From a virus, in IMG/VR virus record IMGVR_UViG_3300035665_000023, positions 9,018 to 73,017 of that record: a stretch of 64,000 bases of DNA; one strand, written 5' to 3'. Both the position numbers and the translations under genes were made by a program. The notes under the pieces are model-generated. The model ran no database searches and was not told the origin of the DNA. It worked only from the letters and a program-made list of their open reading frames with translations. Shown here piece after piece: positions 26,797 to 38,900 of the stretch. Within the stretch, counting starts at the first letter, position 1, and every line of letters starts with the position of its first letter.

Positions 26797-27873
26797 TTGT
26801 TTGAGTTGCTGACCATACGTGTCAATCGCATGGCAAAATCTAGGCTCATGCGTAAACCATTTTTTCGTAAAGCAAGGCAGTGCTGGTACGTCAAGGATGA
26901 TCAAGGGCACTTCATACGTCTGGATCCAGACGAGAAGAAGGCGTTCGCGATTTGGGAACGTCTGCGGAACATTGCGGACTACCAGCACCATGACGCAACG
27001 CTGGAGGCGATCTGCGAGGCGTTCCTAAAGCACCATGAGCCGGAGCTGAGTAAGGTTAGGTTTGCTGATTTGACTTGGATCCTAGAGGAATTCGCTTTGT
27101 GGTTCGGCCCGACCCGACTGGCTCGAGAAGTTGGCAAGGCAGATGTGTTGCGATGGATGCGGTCGGAGCGGGATTTGCGAGGTGGTCGAGGTGTTTGGTC
27201 GGCAGCTCGGCAACGGGACGCTGGGCACACGGTAAAGCGAGTGCTGGACTGGGCAATCAGGCGGCAATACTTGCCCTGGTCGGATGTAACGGAGATGCGG
27301 CTCCCAAGCCCAGAACCTCGGGACGAAATGATTTGCTACGCAGATCACTGCCGTCTAATCGGTGGGTGCAAGGCACGAAAATCACGTCCGTTTCGATTGG
27401 TGCTAATTGCACTGAGGTTATCGGGGGCACGGCCCGCACAAGTGCGGGAGTTGACGGCTAGCAACGTGATCGGGGATAGTTGGGTGTTTCGTCGGCACAA
27501 GACAAGTGCGAAGACGGGTAAGCCGTTGGTGGTTCGCTGTGGGCCTTGCCTGCAGACCCTGACGCGGATATTGACTCACGCTAGACCCAGCGGCCCAATG
27601 CTTCTATCGGCCCATCGCAAGCCTTGGCCGAAGGATGGGATCGTTCTTCGTTTTCGTCGCCTTCGAGAAGCGGTTGGGCTAGACGGGGTCACGGCCTATT
27701 CGTATCGGCACACCTACGCGACAGATGCACTGCAGGCGGGTATCTCGCTGCCGACCGTTGCAGCGTTGTTGGGACATGTCAACCCGACGATGGTTTCGCG
27801 AGTGTATGGGCACCTGGAAAAGCGATCGGATCACCTGAGTGATGCGGTCGCTAAAATCAAACGGGCTGAGTGA
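26797..27873 (+). CDS. int: Tyrosine integrase (true start probably 26830 or 26848)
   Basis: SGARP, HKT, YSYRHTYAT, LLGH and VYGH catalytic motifs; N-terminal arm-binding-like KPFFRKARQCWYV. Confidence 0.92.
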   Translation: MFELLTIRVNRMAKSRLMRKPFFRKARQCWYVKDDQGHFIRLDPDEKKAFAIWERLRNIADYQHHDATLEAICEAFLKHHEPELSKVRFADLTWILEEFALWFGPTRLAREVGKADVLRWMRSERDLRGGRGVWSAARQRDAGHTVKRVLDWAIRRQYLPWSDVTEMRLPSPEPRDEMICYADHCRLIGGCKARKSRPFRLVLIALRLSGARPAQVRELTASNVIGDSWVFRRHKTSAKTGKPLVVRCGPCLQTLTRILTHARPSGPMLLSAHRKPWPKDGIVLRFRRLREAVGLDGVTAYSYRHTYATDALQAGISLPTVAALLGHVNPTMVSRVYGHLEKRSDHLSDAVAKIKRAE

Positions 27874-28114
27874 GATGCTGGGCTTTGCGAAGAACTTCAA
27901 GCTTTCGGATTGCCGCCCGAAGGATGGTGTAGACAACTACGTTTTCGTCAATTTCAGCCGAACCCGAGTACACAAACGAACCAATCAATAGCGACCTTCT
28001 GTCCTTACGCAGAACGGTCCCGAACACCTCGAACACGATGTGCTGCTCGCCTTCGGAATGGTCGTCAAAAACGACCGCAACAACGTCACCAAGATTGCAT
28101 GGTGTTCGCATCAT
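27857..28114 (-). CDS. Hypothetical protein
   Basis: Coupled to the phosphoesterase gene. Confidence 0.6.
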   Translation of the reverse strand: MMRTPCNLGDVVAVVFDDHSEGEQHIVFEVFGTVLRKDRRSLLIGSFVYSGSAEIDENVVVYTILRAAIRKLEVLRKAQHLTQPV

Positions 28115-28977
28115 TTCGCCCTCATTGTCTCGAACTTGACCCGCTCCGATCGTTCATCCCAAAAAAACCGTAGCCAGGCTGAGCCCAGTGCCTTTGGCCC
28201 GAGCATTCGCTCGACTTCCCAACCAGCGTGTCCGTCGCCCCATGCGTCTTTGTATCCTGGGCATCGAACGTGCAATTGCTCATCGTGATACAACCCGCCT
28301 CTTGAGCTAATCCTTTGGCGCGGAATTGTAAAAGACCACTCATCGTGAGTATGACCCGTTAGCACGATGTCTGCGTCAGGAGTGAATGTCGCTATTCTCG
28401 ATGGTTGGAGCGTCCCCTTGGTGATAATCCCTCCACCACCCGACCCATGGTAGTGATAAAGAAATTTGGAATCCTTGATGCGGCTTTCAGAGGCAATAAA
28501 ACGAAATACGACCCAACCACCGTAGCCACTAGACTCGACAATGCCTCCTTGCTGTCGCATTTGAGAAACAAGTCGATCGGTAAGGTCGGTTTCGTGTTGC
28601 TTTGCAATTGCTGTTTCATGGTTGCCTCGACCCATAACTGCAAAGTGTTGCAAATATGGCTTGTAGAACTCAGCAGCAGTTTCGACGATCAAGTCAAAAT
28701 AGTTATTCCCTTGGTGCTCCGGTCGCAACGCACTTTTATCTGCACGTTTATCCCAACGCCCCTGCATTACGCAGTGCAAGTCTCCGTTGTCCAAAATCGG
28801 TGCGTTGTATTCAACCGCTTCGTCGAGGTGCTTCCGCTCAAGCGCCTGATTGCATTTTGGGTTGTCGTGGTGAACGTCGCTGCGGAGCAAGACCCATTGC
28901 TCCCAGTCCGTCCGTTTTGACACCTCAACCCTGATTTCGACAACATTTTTCGCCAGCTTGCGTAGCGACCATGACAT
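28111..28977 (-). CDS. Calcineurin-like metallophosphoesterase
   Basis: SDVH, GDL, GNHE, YHG and GHTH motifs; GGAGG RBS. Confidence 0.88.
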   Translation of the reverse strand: MSWSLRKLAKNVVEIRVEVSKRTDWEQWVLLRSDVHHDNPKCNQALERKHLDEAVEYNAPILDNGDLHCVMQGRWDKRADKSALRPEHQGNNYFDLIVETAAEFYKPYLQHFAVMGRGNHETAIAKQHETDLTDRLVSQMRQQGGIVESSGYGGWVVFRFIASESRIKDSKFLYHYHGSGGGGIITKGTLQPSRIATFTPDADIVLTGHTHDEWSFTIPRQRISSRGGLYHDEQLHVRCPGYKDAWGDGHAGWEVERMLGPKALGSAWLRFFWDERSERVKFETMRAK

Positions 28978-29214
28978 GCGTCTTCCTCCGTGCAAGAGCA
29001 CCGCAATAAAGGCTTCAATTGTCGCGATTCTGTTGTTAAAATCAAAAAAGTTGCGTTGATGGAAAATCATGAATGAAACGCAATAGGCACTACTCCAATT
29101 TGTGTTTTTTCCGCGAATTGTGAATAATCATTGCAATTGTCGATTGCTGCAAAAAGTCAAGCTTGCAAATCTCACAGTTTATTACCTATCAATTACTGCG
29201 AAAATCAGAAGAAA

Positions 29215-29880
29215 ATGAATACGCACTACACGCAAAACGCTTCAGTTCCGAATCATCGTTACGGACTGGTGTCGAGAGCGATTTTGACAGGCATGGACAT
29301 TTCTCAGGCAAACAGTTTTGAGCGGTGCGTAATTTTTGGAGTAACTAGCGTTCCATCTCGCGCTCTTATGTTTTCAATTATGTGCGAGTCTGGTGCGCAA
29401 TGGGCAAGGATTCCATTGCACATGCTGCGACATGAGGAGCCAAGAAAAACTGACGCTCCAGTGCATTCGCTTTGCGAGCTGCAGATGTGGGATAATCACG
29501 GGTGGGAGTTTTCAATAACCTGCTACGAGTATCTCCGCGACATGTCTTGCTCTTTTATGAAGCGAGATGGTTCATCTGTTCCTGCAAGCTATTGGTTTAC
29601 GCTAGATCACACGGAAAACGGATGGAGTCTTTATCCACCAGAACATAAGTGCTATCACCTTTTATTCCTTGAGGACGGTTCCGGTCAGATCGCAGCTCAG
29701 CCAAACAATCGGATTCGATGGAAAGACGACTCGTTTACTAATCACAAACTGCCATTAAATTACCGTGTCATGGGAGAGCAAACTTGGCACGCTGAAGTGA
29801 GTCGAGTCAATGCGCAAGACACTGCATTTACACAAGAGGATTTAAGTAAACATATCAACAACATAGTTGTGGCGTTGTAA
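29215..29880 (+). CDS. Phage hypothetical protein
   Basis: GAQWARIP...LQMWD...EHKCYH...GQIAAQPNNRI motifs. Confidence 0.7.
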   Translation: MNTHYTQNASVPNHRYGLVSRAILTGMDISQANSFERCVIFGVTSVPSRALMFSIMCESGAQWARIPLHMLRHEEPRKTDAPVHSLCELQMWDNHGWEFSITCYEYLRDMSCSFMKRDGSSVPASYWFTLDHTENGWSLYPPEHKCYHLLFLEDGSGQIAAQPNNRIRWKDDSFTNHKLPLNYRVMGEQTWHAEVSRVNAQDTAFTQEDLSKHINNIVVAL

Positions 29881-29907
29881 GCAAAAATGTTGCGGCACTT
29901 CTGCAAT

Positions 29908-32900
29908 CTATTTCCGTTCCAGCACTTTTCGCAGCTGCCGTAGTCTCTGCACGTAGCTTTCCCTCAAGACGTAGTTATTGCCACGCATTTCGTAAGCAGA
30001 ACCGTACTGTCGCTTGTAATAATCCAGCAGCATGAGACGAGCATCGTTAAAGTCGAGTCCCATCGTGCGGAACTTCTCAATGGCTTTATCTCGCTCGGAA
30101 ACCGATTTCTGGAACGACTCGTCGCTCTTGTGTGTTTTCCTCTGCGGATTGGCTAGCGCGGCATACACGACAGCTTGTTTCTTAGCTTCCCTTTGGTCGA
30201 ACATCTGCTTGCGTTGTTTATCCGTCAGCAAGTCCTTGTACCCAAAGTCTGGAGTGTTGTAATCCATCGCTTCGAGGTCTTTTTCAAACTGTTTCTTTCG
30301 GTCTTCTTCTGATGCCTTTTTGTACTTAGACCGCGATCCGTGCGTTGAAACTGACACACCGAAGAAAGCTTCCAATGCCGCGAGAGTACCTCGCTTAAGA
30401 CCGAGTTCGCTCTCTGCTGCGTATATCTCTCGATAGGTCAGTGGAGTAATGCGACTCCCAACGATGTTGCGATAAATCGCTGTGGGGTCGTCCTTGTCCG
30501 CTATCACGTTGCCAACCGCATCTCGTCCGCTAGCCCATTCCAAAATTGCCGATGGAGCTGTTCCTAACTTGTATCGACCGTAGTTGATAATAAAGTCTGC
30601 TGCGGTCTTTCCACCGTACTGAACGTCATCTCCATAAATCGACTTGATCTCACCCTCGCTCGTCTTCATTTTGCCCGTCAATATTCTTGAGGCAAGGACA
30701 ATGGCTGGCATCAAACCACCTTCGTCTTTGAATCGAGTCTCGCCGATCTTCATTGCAAGAGCATCGCTCGACCGCAAGTCGAATTCAAAGGTTGGCATTT
30801 CTTCTTCGTCGTCGCCTGCAAGCAAGCGATACGCTACGTAAGCAACCGCCATTTTCGCTGTGTGACCAACCATTGCCTGAATGTACAGCTTGGCCAATGC
30901 GACCCGCATACCCCTGTCAGCATTCCATTGCCCAATCCATTGCGGAGTCACCAACTGGAACGGAACAATGAAGTCAGCTTGGATTCGCGACCACGTCCAG
31001 CGTCTAGCGAGGAACAACCAATCAAGCCATGGATTGCCACCCTTCAAGCCAGTCCCTCGTCCGCTGAATATGTTGGCAATCCTTCCTGTCTCTTTGATGT
31101 CGTCTTCCGTCCATCCCGTGTTGACCTTAAAAAACTCTCTGGCGGCAAGAGTGTCTCGCTTCTGAATGTCGTACATGTCTGCCTTCATGATGTTGGAGAA
31201 CGTGCGGTTGCCACGCTCTGCCATCGCATACAGCTTTGCCCATGTGCGGAGGGGGAGCAAAAGTTTTGTTTCTGTATTCTCGAGCCACCGAATGATCGCC
31301 GATTGATACAGTTCTTCTAATTTCGCCTGAGGACCAGTGACCTGCGTAAAGTCAACTTTCGCCAGTTCGTATTCTTTTGCATTGGGCCTGCTCTTCAGTC
31401 CATCTGCCGATTCCAACGCGAGTCGCTGGCTAAACACTGCAGGTATTGCTTCCATCAGTGCGTAAAAAGCTTTCATCGGCTGCGAATACGTGTAGAAGAA
31501 GCCTTGCCGCAGAACAAAAGACATTTCTAAGCCGAGCATTAGCGTCTTTGGAATCAACGAAGTGGCCTCAAGAATCCCTTGGCCAATCCACTGTCCCGTG
31601 TTCCATGTCGCTCGCTTTGCCTTTTCGATGGCAATCATCGCGTCATATTGCACCTCCTCGATTTCCATGTTCTTTTCGAGGATGGCTTTTTCCGTGATAG
31701 TACGCTTCTTCAAGGGCACCGGAATACGACCAGCCTTTGCTTCCTCAAGTCGCCTCTGCCAAAACGCTAGCCGCCTTTCTTGCGCCTTGCGATAACGTTG
31801 CCAATACTTCAATTCCTCCGTAGCTTGATACACGGGATTTGCTTCTAGCGCTACTTTCCGCAGTTGCCTCAAAGATCGCAACTCGGCCATGAGTTCTTCT
31901 TTTCGCTCCGAAGTCAACTCTGAGTTTTTCGCGGCAGGAGCCCATGTGCCATCCTCAAGAGCTTTAACGTCAGCCTTGACCGCACTTATCTGCCGCTCAA
32001 GCATTCGCACCGAAGCATCGAGTCGTTGCTCTTCAGTGAGTGGCTTGCGTCCCTTCTTGGGCTTCGTGGGTGGGAAGATCTTTTCGTAGTCAGCCTTAAG
32101 CTTGTCTCTCACCCTACGCTTCTGTTCGAGTTGGCTACGAAGATCCAACAAATCCTCATCTGGCTCGAGAGGTGTCTTTTCATCGACTGGTTTGACAAGT
32201 TTCGTCCTGCTCTTTACCGCCTCGTCCAGAGCAGCGATGTCCTTATCAAGCATCTCCAGCCTGTTTTTTGCTGCCGTTTTTGCTGTTGTCAGAGCAGACT
32301 TCAGTTGACCCTCCTTCGATTCAGCGGGAACCGGAAGCGTCTTCTTTAGCTTGTTGAATTGCGAAATCAACTCTCGCTCAATGCTGTCAGGTGTTGCCCT
32401 CTCCTGGCCAGTTGCTTTTGGAAGAAGACCCTTCTCTCGTAGGCGGCGAGCCACTTCTTCTGGAGTAACGCCTTTATTGAGCCACTCTTCACTTTGCTTG
32501 ATAGCGTTAATCGTGTCTTCGATTTTAAGTGATTGCCTAGCCTTGCCGCGAATCGCCCGAATGATGACTTCGACTGGCTCTGTGTTTAGCGATTGCCAGA
32601 CACCGTAATCGGACATCGCCTGCATTGTTTCGTATTTCGATATCCCAGGCACTTCGGTTGACAGTTGTTCGTACACAACATCAACGACATCCTTCCAATT
32701 TTCTTCCTCAGCGCCGTAACCCAACTCAACCGCTGCCCGCATCAACTCCTTCGCTCTTGCTCCAAGTTCTGAATCCGTAGGGTTGTCGCCAATTGGAGAT
32801 TCAGGTTTGTTCTTTGAAATGCTTTCGTTCCATGCGTCTCGAATCGCTTGTATTTGCTCTGGAGAAGCATTGCGAAGGTTAGCTTTGATCTGCGCTTCTA

Positions 32901-35900
32901 CCTCCAAAATGGAGCTGACGCCAGCCTCTCGTAATGCGGAAACGACATTGTTCGCTGCAGCTTTGATGTCGTTTGGTTGCCGACTTGGTGAGTAGCGGAT
33001 GTCTGGATTGTTTGGGTCGAACGTGCCTCGGTTGCCGGTGGCGGATTTGATCTGGCTCTTATCTCGAACCCAAATTACGTCACGCCCCCGTACCTGCCAC
33101 TTTCCACCATCCTTGTCCCATTCGTTAACTTTCAAATAAACAGGCAGGACTTTCTCGCCATACTGTGCAGCCAACTCCTTGTCGATCGCAAACCAAATCA
33201 TCCCATGCATCGGTGTATCTTCAAACACATCAAACTCAGCATTTGTACCATGGTAAACAACCAATGGCTTCCCATCAGCATCGACTACCTTGCTGTCGCC
33301 GAACCACTTCTTGAACTCAGGGGTATCTGTTTGAGGTCGAAGATTGCGACCAGCCGCAGGACGATTGCCACCGCTCCACAGATTCTGAAACACCGAAAAC
33401 GCATCGGCAACCTTTTTAACTACCGTAGCACGCTTAGTCCCCAGCTTGGGCTTTTCTGGTTCGGGTTGCGCCGCCGCTTCCGCCTTCTTCCTAGCGATGG
33501 TCTCTTTTGCCAGTTCCTCTACAAGTTTTGCGTTCTGCGCTTCTAGCTTTTTGATGCGGTCAGCCAATTGAGCATACTCTTGTAGTTGCGATTCGGTTGG
33601 TCGCTGCTGCACTTCTCGCAAATGTCGCCGAACAAGCCCAGCCACAGAAAAATCAGATGCCAACTCAACTTGGCGAGAAACACCCGTCTGACCCCAAATA
33701 CTCCCAGCTTTCTCCGAAGCTTCAGTGGCTGTCAGTATTTCATCAAGAACACTTTCGCCAGCTTGGCGGCGGTTTTCAAGATCACGGATATACCTGCCTA
33801 AAACGGCTTCTTCAACACGATCTATAGCTCTTGGGTTGTTAGCCAGCTCCTCTGCAAGACGTGCTGGATAACCTGGGGTCTTTGCAATTCGCCTAGCAGC
33901 TTCCGCCTGCCATTGATCAACCGATTCTCGCTCTGGCATCACCCGTTCACCAAGACCAGCCAAAGCCCGCAATTCGTTCGTCTTTACGTTTTTTGTACCA
34001 GTTGTTTCATCACTTGCGGGCGGAGACGGTTCTCTAACTTGCGGCTTAATCAGCCCTTCCTCTTCGAGACGCTTGTACAACCCAGCAAGGATGTCGTCCT
34101 TTGGTTTTCGCCTTGGTGAGTAGCGAACGTCAGGCAGCGTCTCGTCAAATCGCTTGCTCAACGGGACGACATTTCCAGAGTCATCGTAAGTTACAGCATC
34201 AGATGATTTGATTTGTGATGGGGTAAATGCAACGTAAGCGTCGAAGTCAGACGTTCCGTCAGTATCTTTGATAATTACCCCGTCGTAGCCCATCTTTTGA
34301 ATTGCCTTGACGAGAGTTCCATCGGGATCCTCTTCCTTGTCAAACAACTCCCACGAAGCGCCCTTGCGATCAAGCCATCTCGAGTTGACACCTTTAGAAA
34401 CCAACGTGTTAAACTGAGCGTCAGTTATGCCGTTCCTCCAATCCAGCAGCTCACCAAATACACGGAACTTACGTACGCTTCCGCCTTTTCTTCCTCCCTG
34501 CTCTCGATATCGAGACGCCGCCTCTTCGTCGGTCGTAAAAAACGCGGCGTTCCTGCTTACCTCGTACGAACCGAATACAGTGCTGTTGAATCCCTTGCTA
34601 GGAATTTGAAACTCGTAGAAGTTGGAGTGCGGGCTACCGTGGTACAAAACTGGTGACACTCCACCAGCAACTTCGCCAGCACCTGCAGCCGCTGCATCAA
34701 CCATACGCTGTGCCTTCGCCATGTCGCCCTGGTCTACTGCGGCAAGATACTTGGCGTCATTATTGCGACCTGGGGAGTAACGATAGTCCTCTCGTCGTCC
34801 CAGCACAGGATTCTTAGCCAATACCATACCGCCAACTTGCACCACTTCTTCTGCCGATACCACTGGGGTCTGCGTATCTTTATCATAGAAGTAAGTGTGA
34901 CGGATGGGATTCATCCCAATCTCAACCCACCGATCCTTGTTAGTCTCTGCCAGTTTGTAGGCTTGCTGCGCCGTCATCGGCACATACTCGCCTCGCATGG
35001 TAGCGATCGTGGACTTGGGCTTACCAGCGGCGATATTCAGAGCGGCGTTTTCGGTGACCCCGAAAGTAACATTTCTCAATACAGATGTCGGAGTATAGGC
35101 GACAACTCGACCGGCACTTCCTTTGTTCAGGTCTGGGCGAGGTTCATGCAAAGAGACTACCCAAACGTTTTCGTCATCGTAGGCAGGAATATCCAGTCGA
35201 GTTTCAAGCAATCTTCCTTTGGCAATGTCTTCAGGATTTTGGATTAGATCTCTCTTTAGTCGATCTCCAGCTTTGCGATCACCTAATCCGCGAAGCATAT
35301 CTTCCTTGCTTGCTGGAATCGGCACCTCGTCAAACTTGCGAAGAGGCATTCGCATGTCCACGATCCTCTGATACTGATTACGATCGATCAGACCAGCTTT
35401 CAGATCCTGTGCAGCTTTCGTGATCTCGGGATCACGTTTTCTCTTTGCTTGACGACTTGGTGAGTAGCGAACACCTTCATCGCCCGTCTCCTCCATGTCT
35501 GCGGCACGACCCTCAGTCCATGTCCACTCAGGCATCAAGCCGATTTTGTTTTCTGCAAATACCGTGTCTAGTACGCTGGCGGTTTTATTTTTTTCTGCGT
35601 ATGGACCGAAGTTCAACCAGGAGTTTTGACCGCGAGTCTCGCTAGTCATTGCACCTATGGCGGGTCCGTAGTACAACCGAACATGCGCCTGCCACGCGTT
35701 TTCCTCGCCACGGGCTCTAAAGCCAGCCCCCTCCATGCTGTGCCCAAATGCGTCGTGTACAGCGCGAAACAAATCGTTAGCGGCGACTGGGTGAGAAACC
35801 CCTTTTTGATCCTTCCACCTCAACCCAGTATCGGCAAGCATTGGGTTGTTTGCTAATTCAGTAGCCGTAATGCCTTCAGTTCCGTATCCAGCATATGTGC

Positions 35901-38900
35901 CGTACACAGCCATCTTCTTGTTTTGACGCAAGTCACGCACGGCAGAAGATGGATTGCCGTCATACGGATCCGTGTCGCCATCATAGAAAGTAAACGTGTA
36001 TCCAGCCTTTACCAACGCATCGTACTGCGACTTCGTTTGACGAATCATGTCGTCATACGCCTCTTTGACCGCTGGGTCATTTGGCGAATGCTGCATCTCC
36101 TCAAACGCTTGCGCAATACGCTTAGCCCTCTCTTCGTCTACCCGGACGTATTTGGCTTGCCGTTTGAGATTGATGCCGTTATCGCGAGCGTACTGCTCTG
36201 CGGCGTCAACTATCCCTGGGTCTGGTCCTGACGCCCCTTGAACAGATGGTGAACCTTCAAGCGGCGTATAGCTTCGGCCCTGATCCCGTCCTCTTCCGTC
36301 TCCGGTCGATTCGGATCGTCGTCCTGGGGAGTATCTTTGGCCTGAGTCTTTGATGGGGGCTGCTGTGAATTCGGTGTTCCAGCCTTGCTCTCTGGCGAAC
36401 TTTCTTGTTGCGGAAATGACGGCTTGGCGTACATTGTCACTCCTTCTTTGTAGATCGGGTCGTCCGGTCCCGCCGATCCGAGATGTGTATTCTTCCCCAT
36501 TTGGATTGCTTTGCCAGCTGTTAGAGGTTGCGTTGTATTCGTTGCCTTCGCTGCGGAAGGATTTTGTTGTCGTAGTGCCACCAAGGAAGCTTGGATTGCT
36601 TCCATGGAGAGCGCTGACTACCTTTTCCATTCTACTGTGGAAGTCTAGGTTATCAATGGAGAAGTTGAGTATTCTGGCTCCATTCGGCATGAAGGCTGGA
36701 GCGAGATCCGTATCTTTCCCGAATTCCCGAAGCATGGCGTCGTAGAGATCTTTGAATTCCGACCCTTTCCATGCCCTATTACCTGTGATTTCAAACCCAT
36801 TTTCAAGAGCAGGATCGCTCGAATAAACAGGTAAATGCCAGTAGACACCATCTTGAGACAGGACATATCCCAAGATGTTGGCGTACAAATCCAGTTTCTT
36901 CCTGTACTCCTCAGTGATGGTCTTGACGCCACCATTGTTCTCCAGCATGACCTCAAACTTCGATTGCGAACCAGCACCGATGTCACCCTGCCATGCAGAG
37001 AATCCGGTGATTGTGACTGGAACATCGAGTCCTACAGCCTTCGCAATCCAATCGCCGTTCTTGAACAGGACGTCAGTAATCCTCTTCAGATATTCTTTTT
37101 TTACGGCATAACTTGCATTATGAATCTCTGGAATTATGTCAAGCGTCTTAGATGGAATAGCTTCCCATGAAAGTTGAGAATCTTTTATTCCACGACTAAC
37201 CAGCTTGCCGTAAACTTCCTGCATTGCCGGGGAAATTTCAAGATTGACTACCGGATCCGAACTTGTCTTGTTATCAATCGATTTGTATATCTTCCTGAGC
37301 CAGCTAACAACTTTTTCAAACACAGACCTAAGAGTTTTTGATGTAAATTTCCCGCCCTTAATGTATTTAAGCAGACCGTTGGCAAACTTTTCTTCGGCCT
37401 CAGTTGTCCAGTTGCCATCAACTACACCAGACCATTTCATTGCAACGTCAATGTCAGCGTCAGTAATCCCCTCTCGCATGTCTTTTGGAATGCTTTTATC
37501 GAACAGGAACATCCTTGCTACGTGCCCTAGTTCGTGAATCCCATCTGCAACCGTTGGCTTGTTAAACGCACGCATTAGTGCTATGCCAGAATCAGTAAGT
37601 TCTACTGACGCCTTAACAGAAGCAGTCAAAGACCTCAATACCCCGTCAGATGGATAGGAAGTATCAGTAGAAACTCCCATCATCCCGTAGAACAACTTTT
37701 CCATGTCCCACATCATCTCTTGAACGATGGCTGGTTCAACACCCAACGTTTCTGCGACCTGAACCCACGCATCTTCGAGAATTTGCCTCTTGATCCTGCC
37801 TAGCTGATTGGTGTGCTTCCAAGGAACTCCAGTGTTTGGCTCTCTGAAGTAGCGAGACATCGTTCTGGCGACCCACATGTCCTTGGTAATCGTCTTAAGT
37901 TTTTGCCATCGATTCAGGATATAAGAGCCTTGCTTTGGATTGTCGCCCAATGCAAACGCGCCAACTATTTTTAGATTTGGATCATTTGGGTTCTTAAGGT
38001 CTCTTTTGAGATACTCGTGAACCTTAAGTTTTTTTGCTGCCTTATCTCCGATGACCGAAACAATCTCGGCCCATGTGTGCTCAGACTCCATCCACTTTAT
38101 GGCTTTTGCTAGTCCCGATTTACCTCCGCCGAAGTGATCGACAAGCTTGCTAAAACTTCTTGCTGACGCCAAATTGAATGTTCTGGAGATTTTCTTGAAC
38201 TTACCAGGAACAAGATTTGGCTCGTTAGGAATTTTTTTGCCGCTAGAAGTTACTCGACTCGACTCAAAAGTGATCTTACCTCTCGGAGTAACATACGTCG
38301 GCTTACGTGGACGCTGCCCATTCATGTCTCTAGGAGCGTTGTAATCTGTCTTCCAGACATGCTTCGGATTGGATGTCATGCCCGTTAGCGTTCCGTGTAA
38401 CATCCACTCTTTCAGGACCATTAATCCAATCAACGTATCTACACTTGGTATAGCGTTGGCAGATGAAAACGAACCCATAATGTGAAGCAGCTTAACTTCA
38501 TCATCAGTAAGTTTATCCCTACCCTCCGCAGCCATTTTAGCTGCAATGTCCTTGTCTCTTTTAGCCCATTTACTCAACCATGGGTTCGCCCTATCGATAA
38601 TGTCAGTGGTATAAAAACTGATATATGATCGGTTGAGTTTTTTCCAAGCGTTAATTTCTAATAGCGTGTGCTTTACGATGGCATCAACGGCAGCTTGACG
38701 CCCATCGGATGTGTTAAAGTCAACACCTTCTGGAACAACCTTGTTTTGATTGGCATACTCACCAATCCACGCCACCGCAGACTTTAATGTCTTTTGAACA
38801 GCAACCGGTTCTTCACCAGAGAGAATTTTGTGGACTTGGAATAAAGCGTTTTCCGCAGGCATTCCGCCTTTGACTAGCTGTATCCGTGACTTGTCCAATC

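Noticed and set aside
26797-27873. Integrase as an integron IntI
   Set aside because: Lacks the IntI insertion (ALERKYP-type helix) and has an arm-binding-like N-terminus and a tRNA attP
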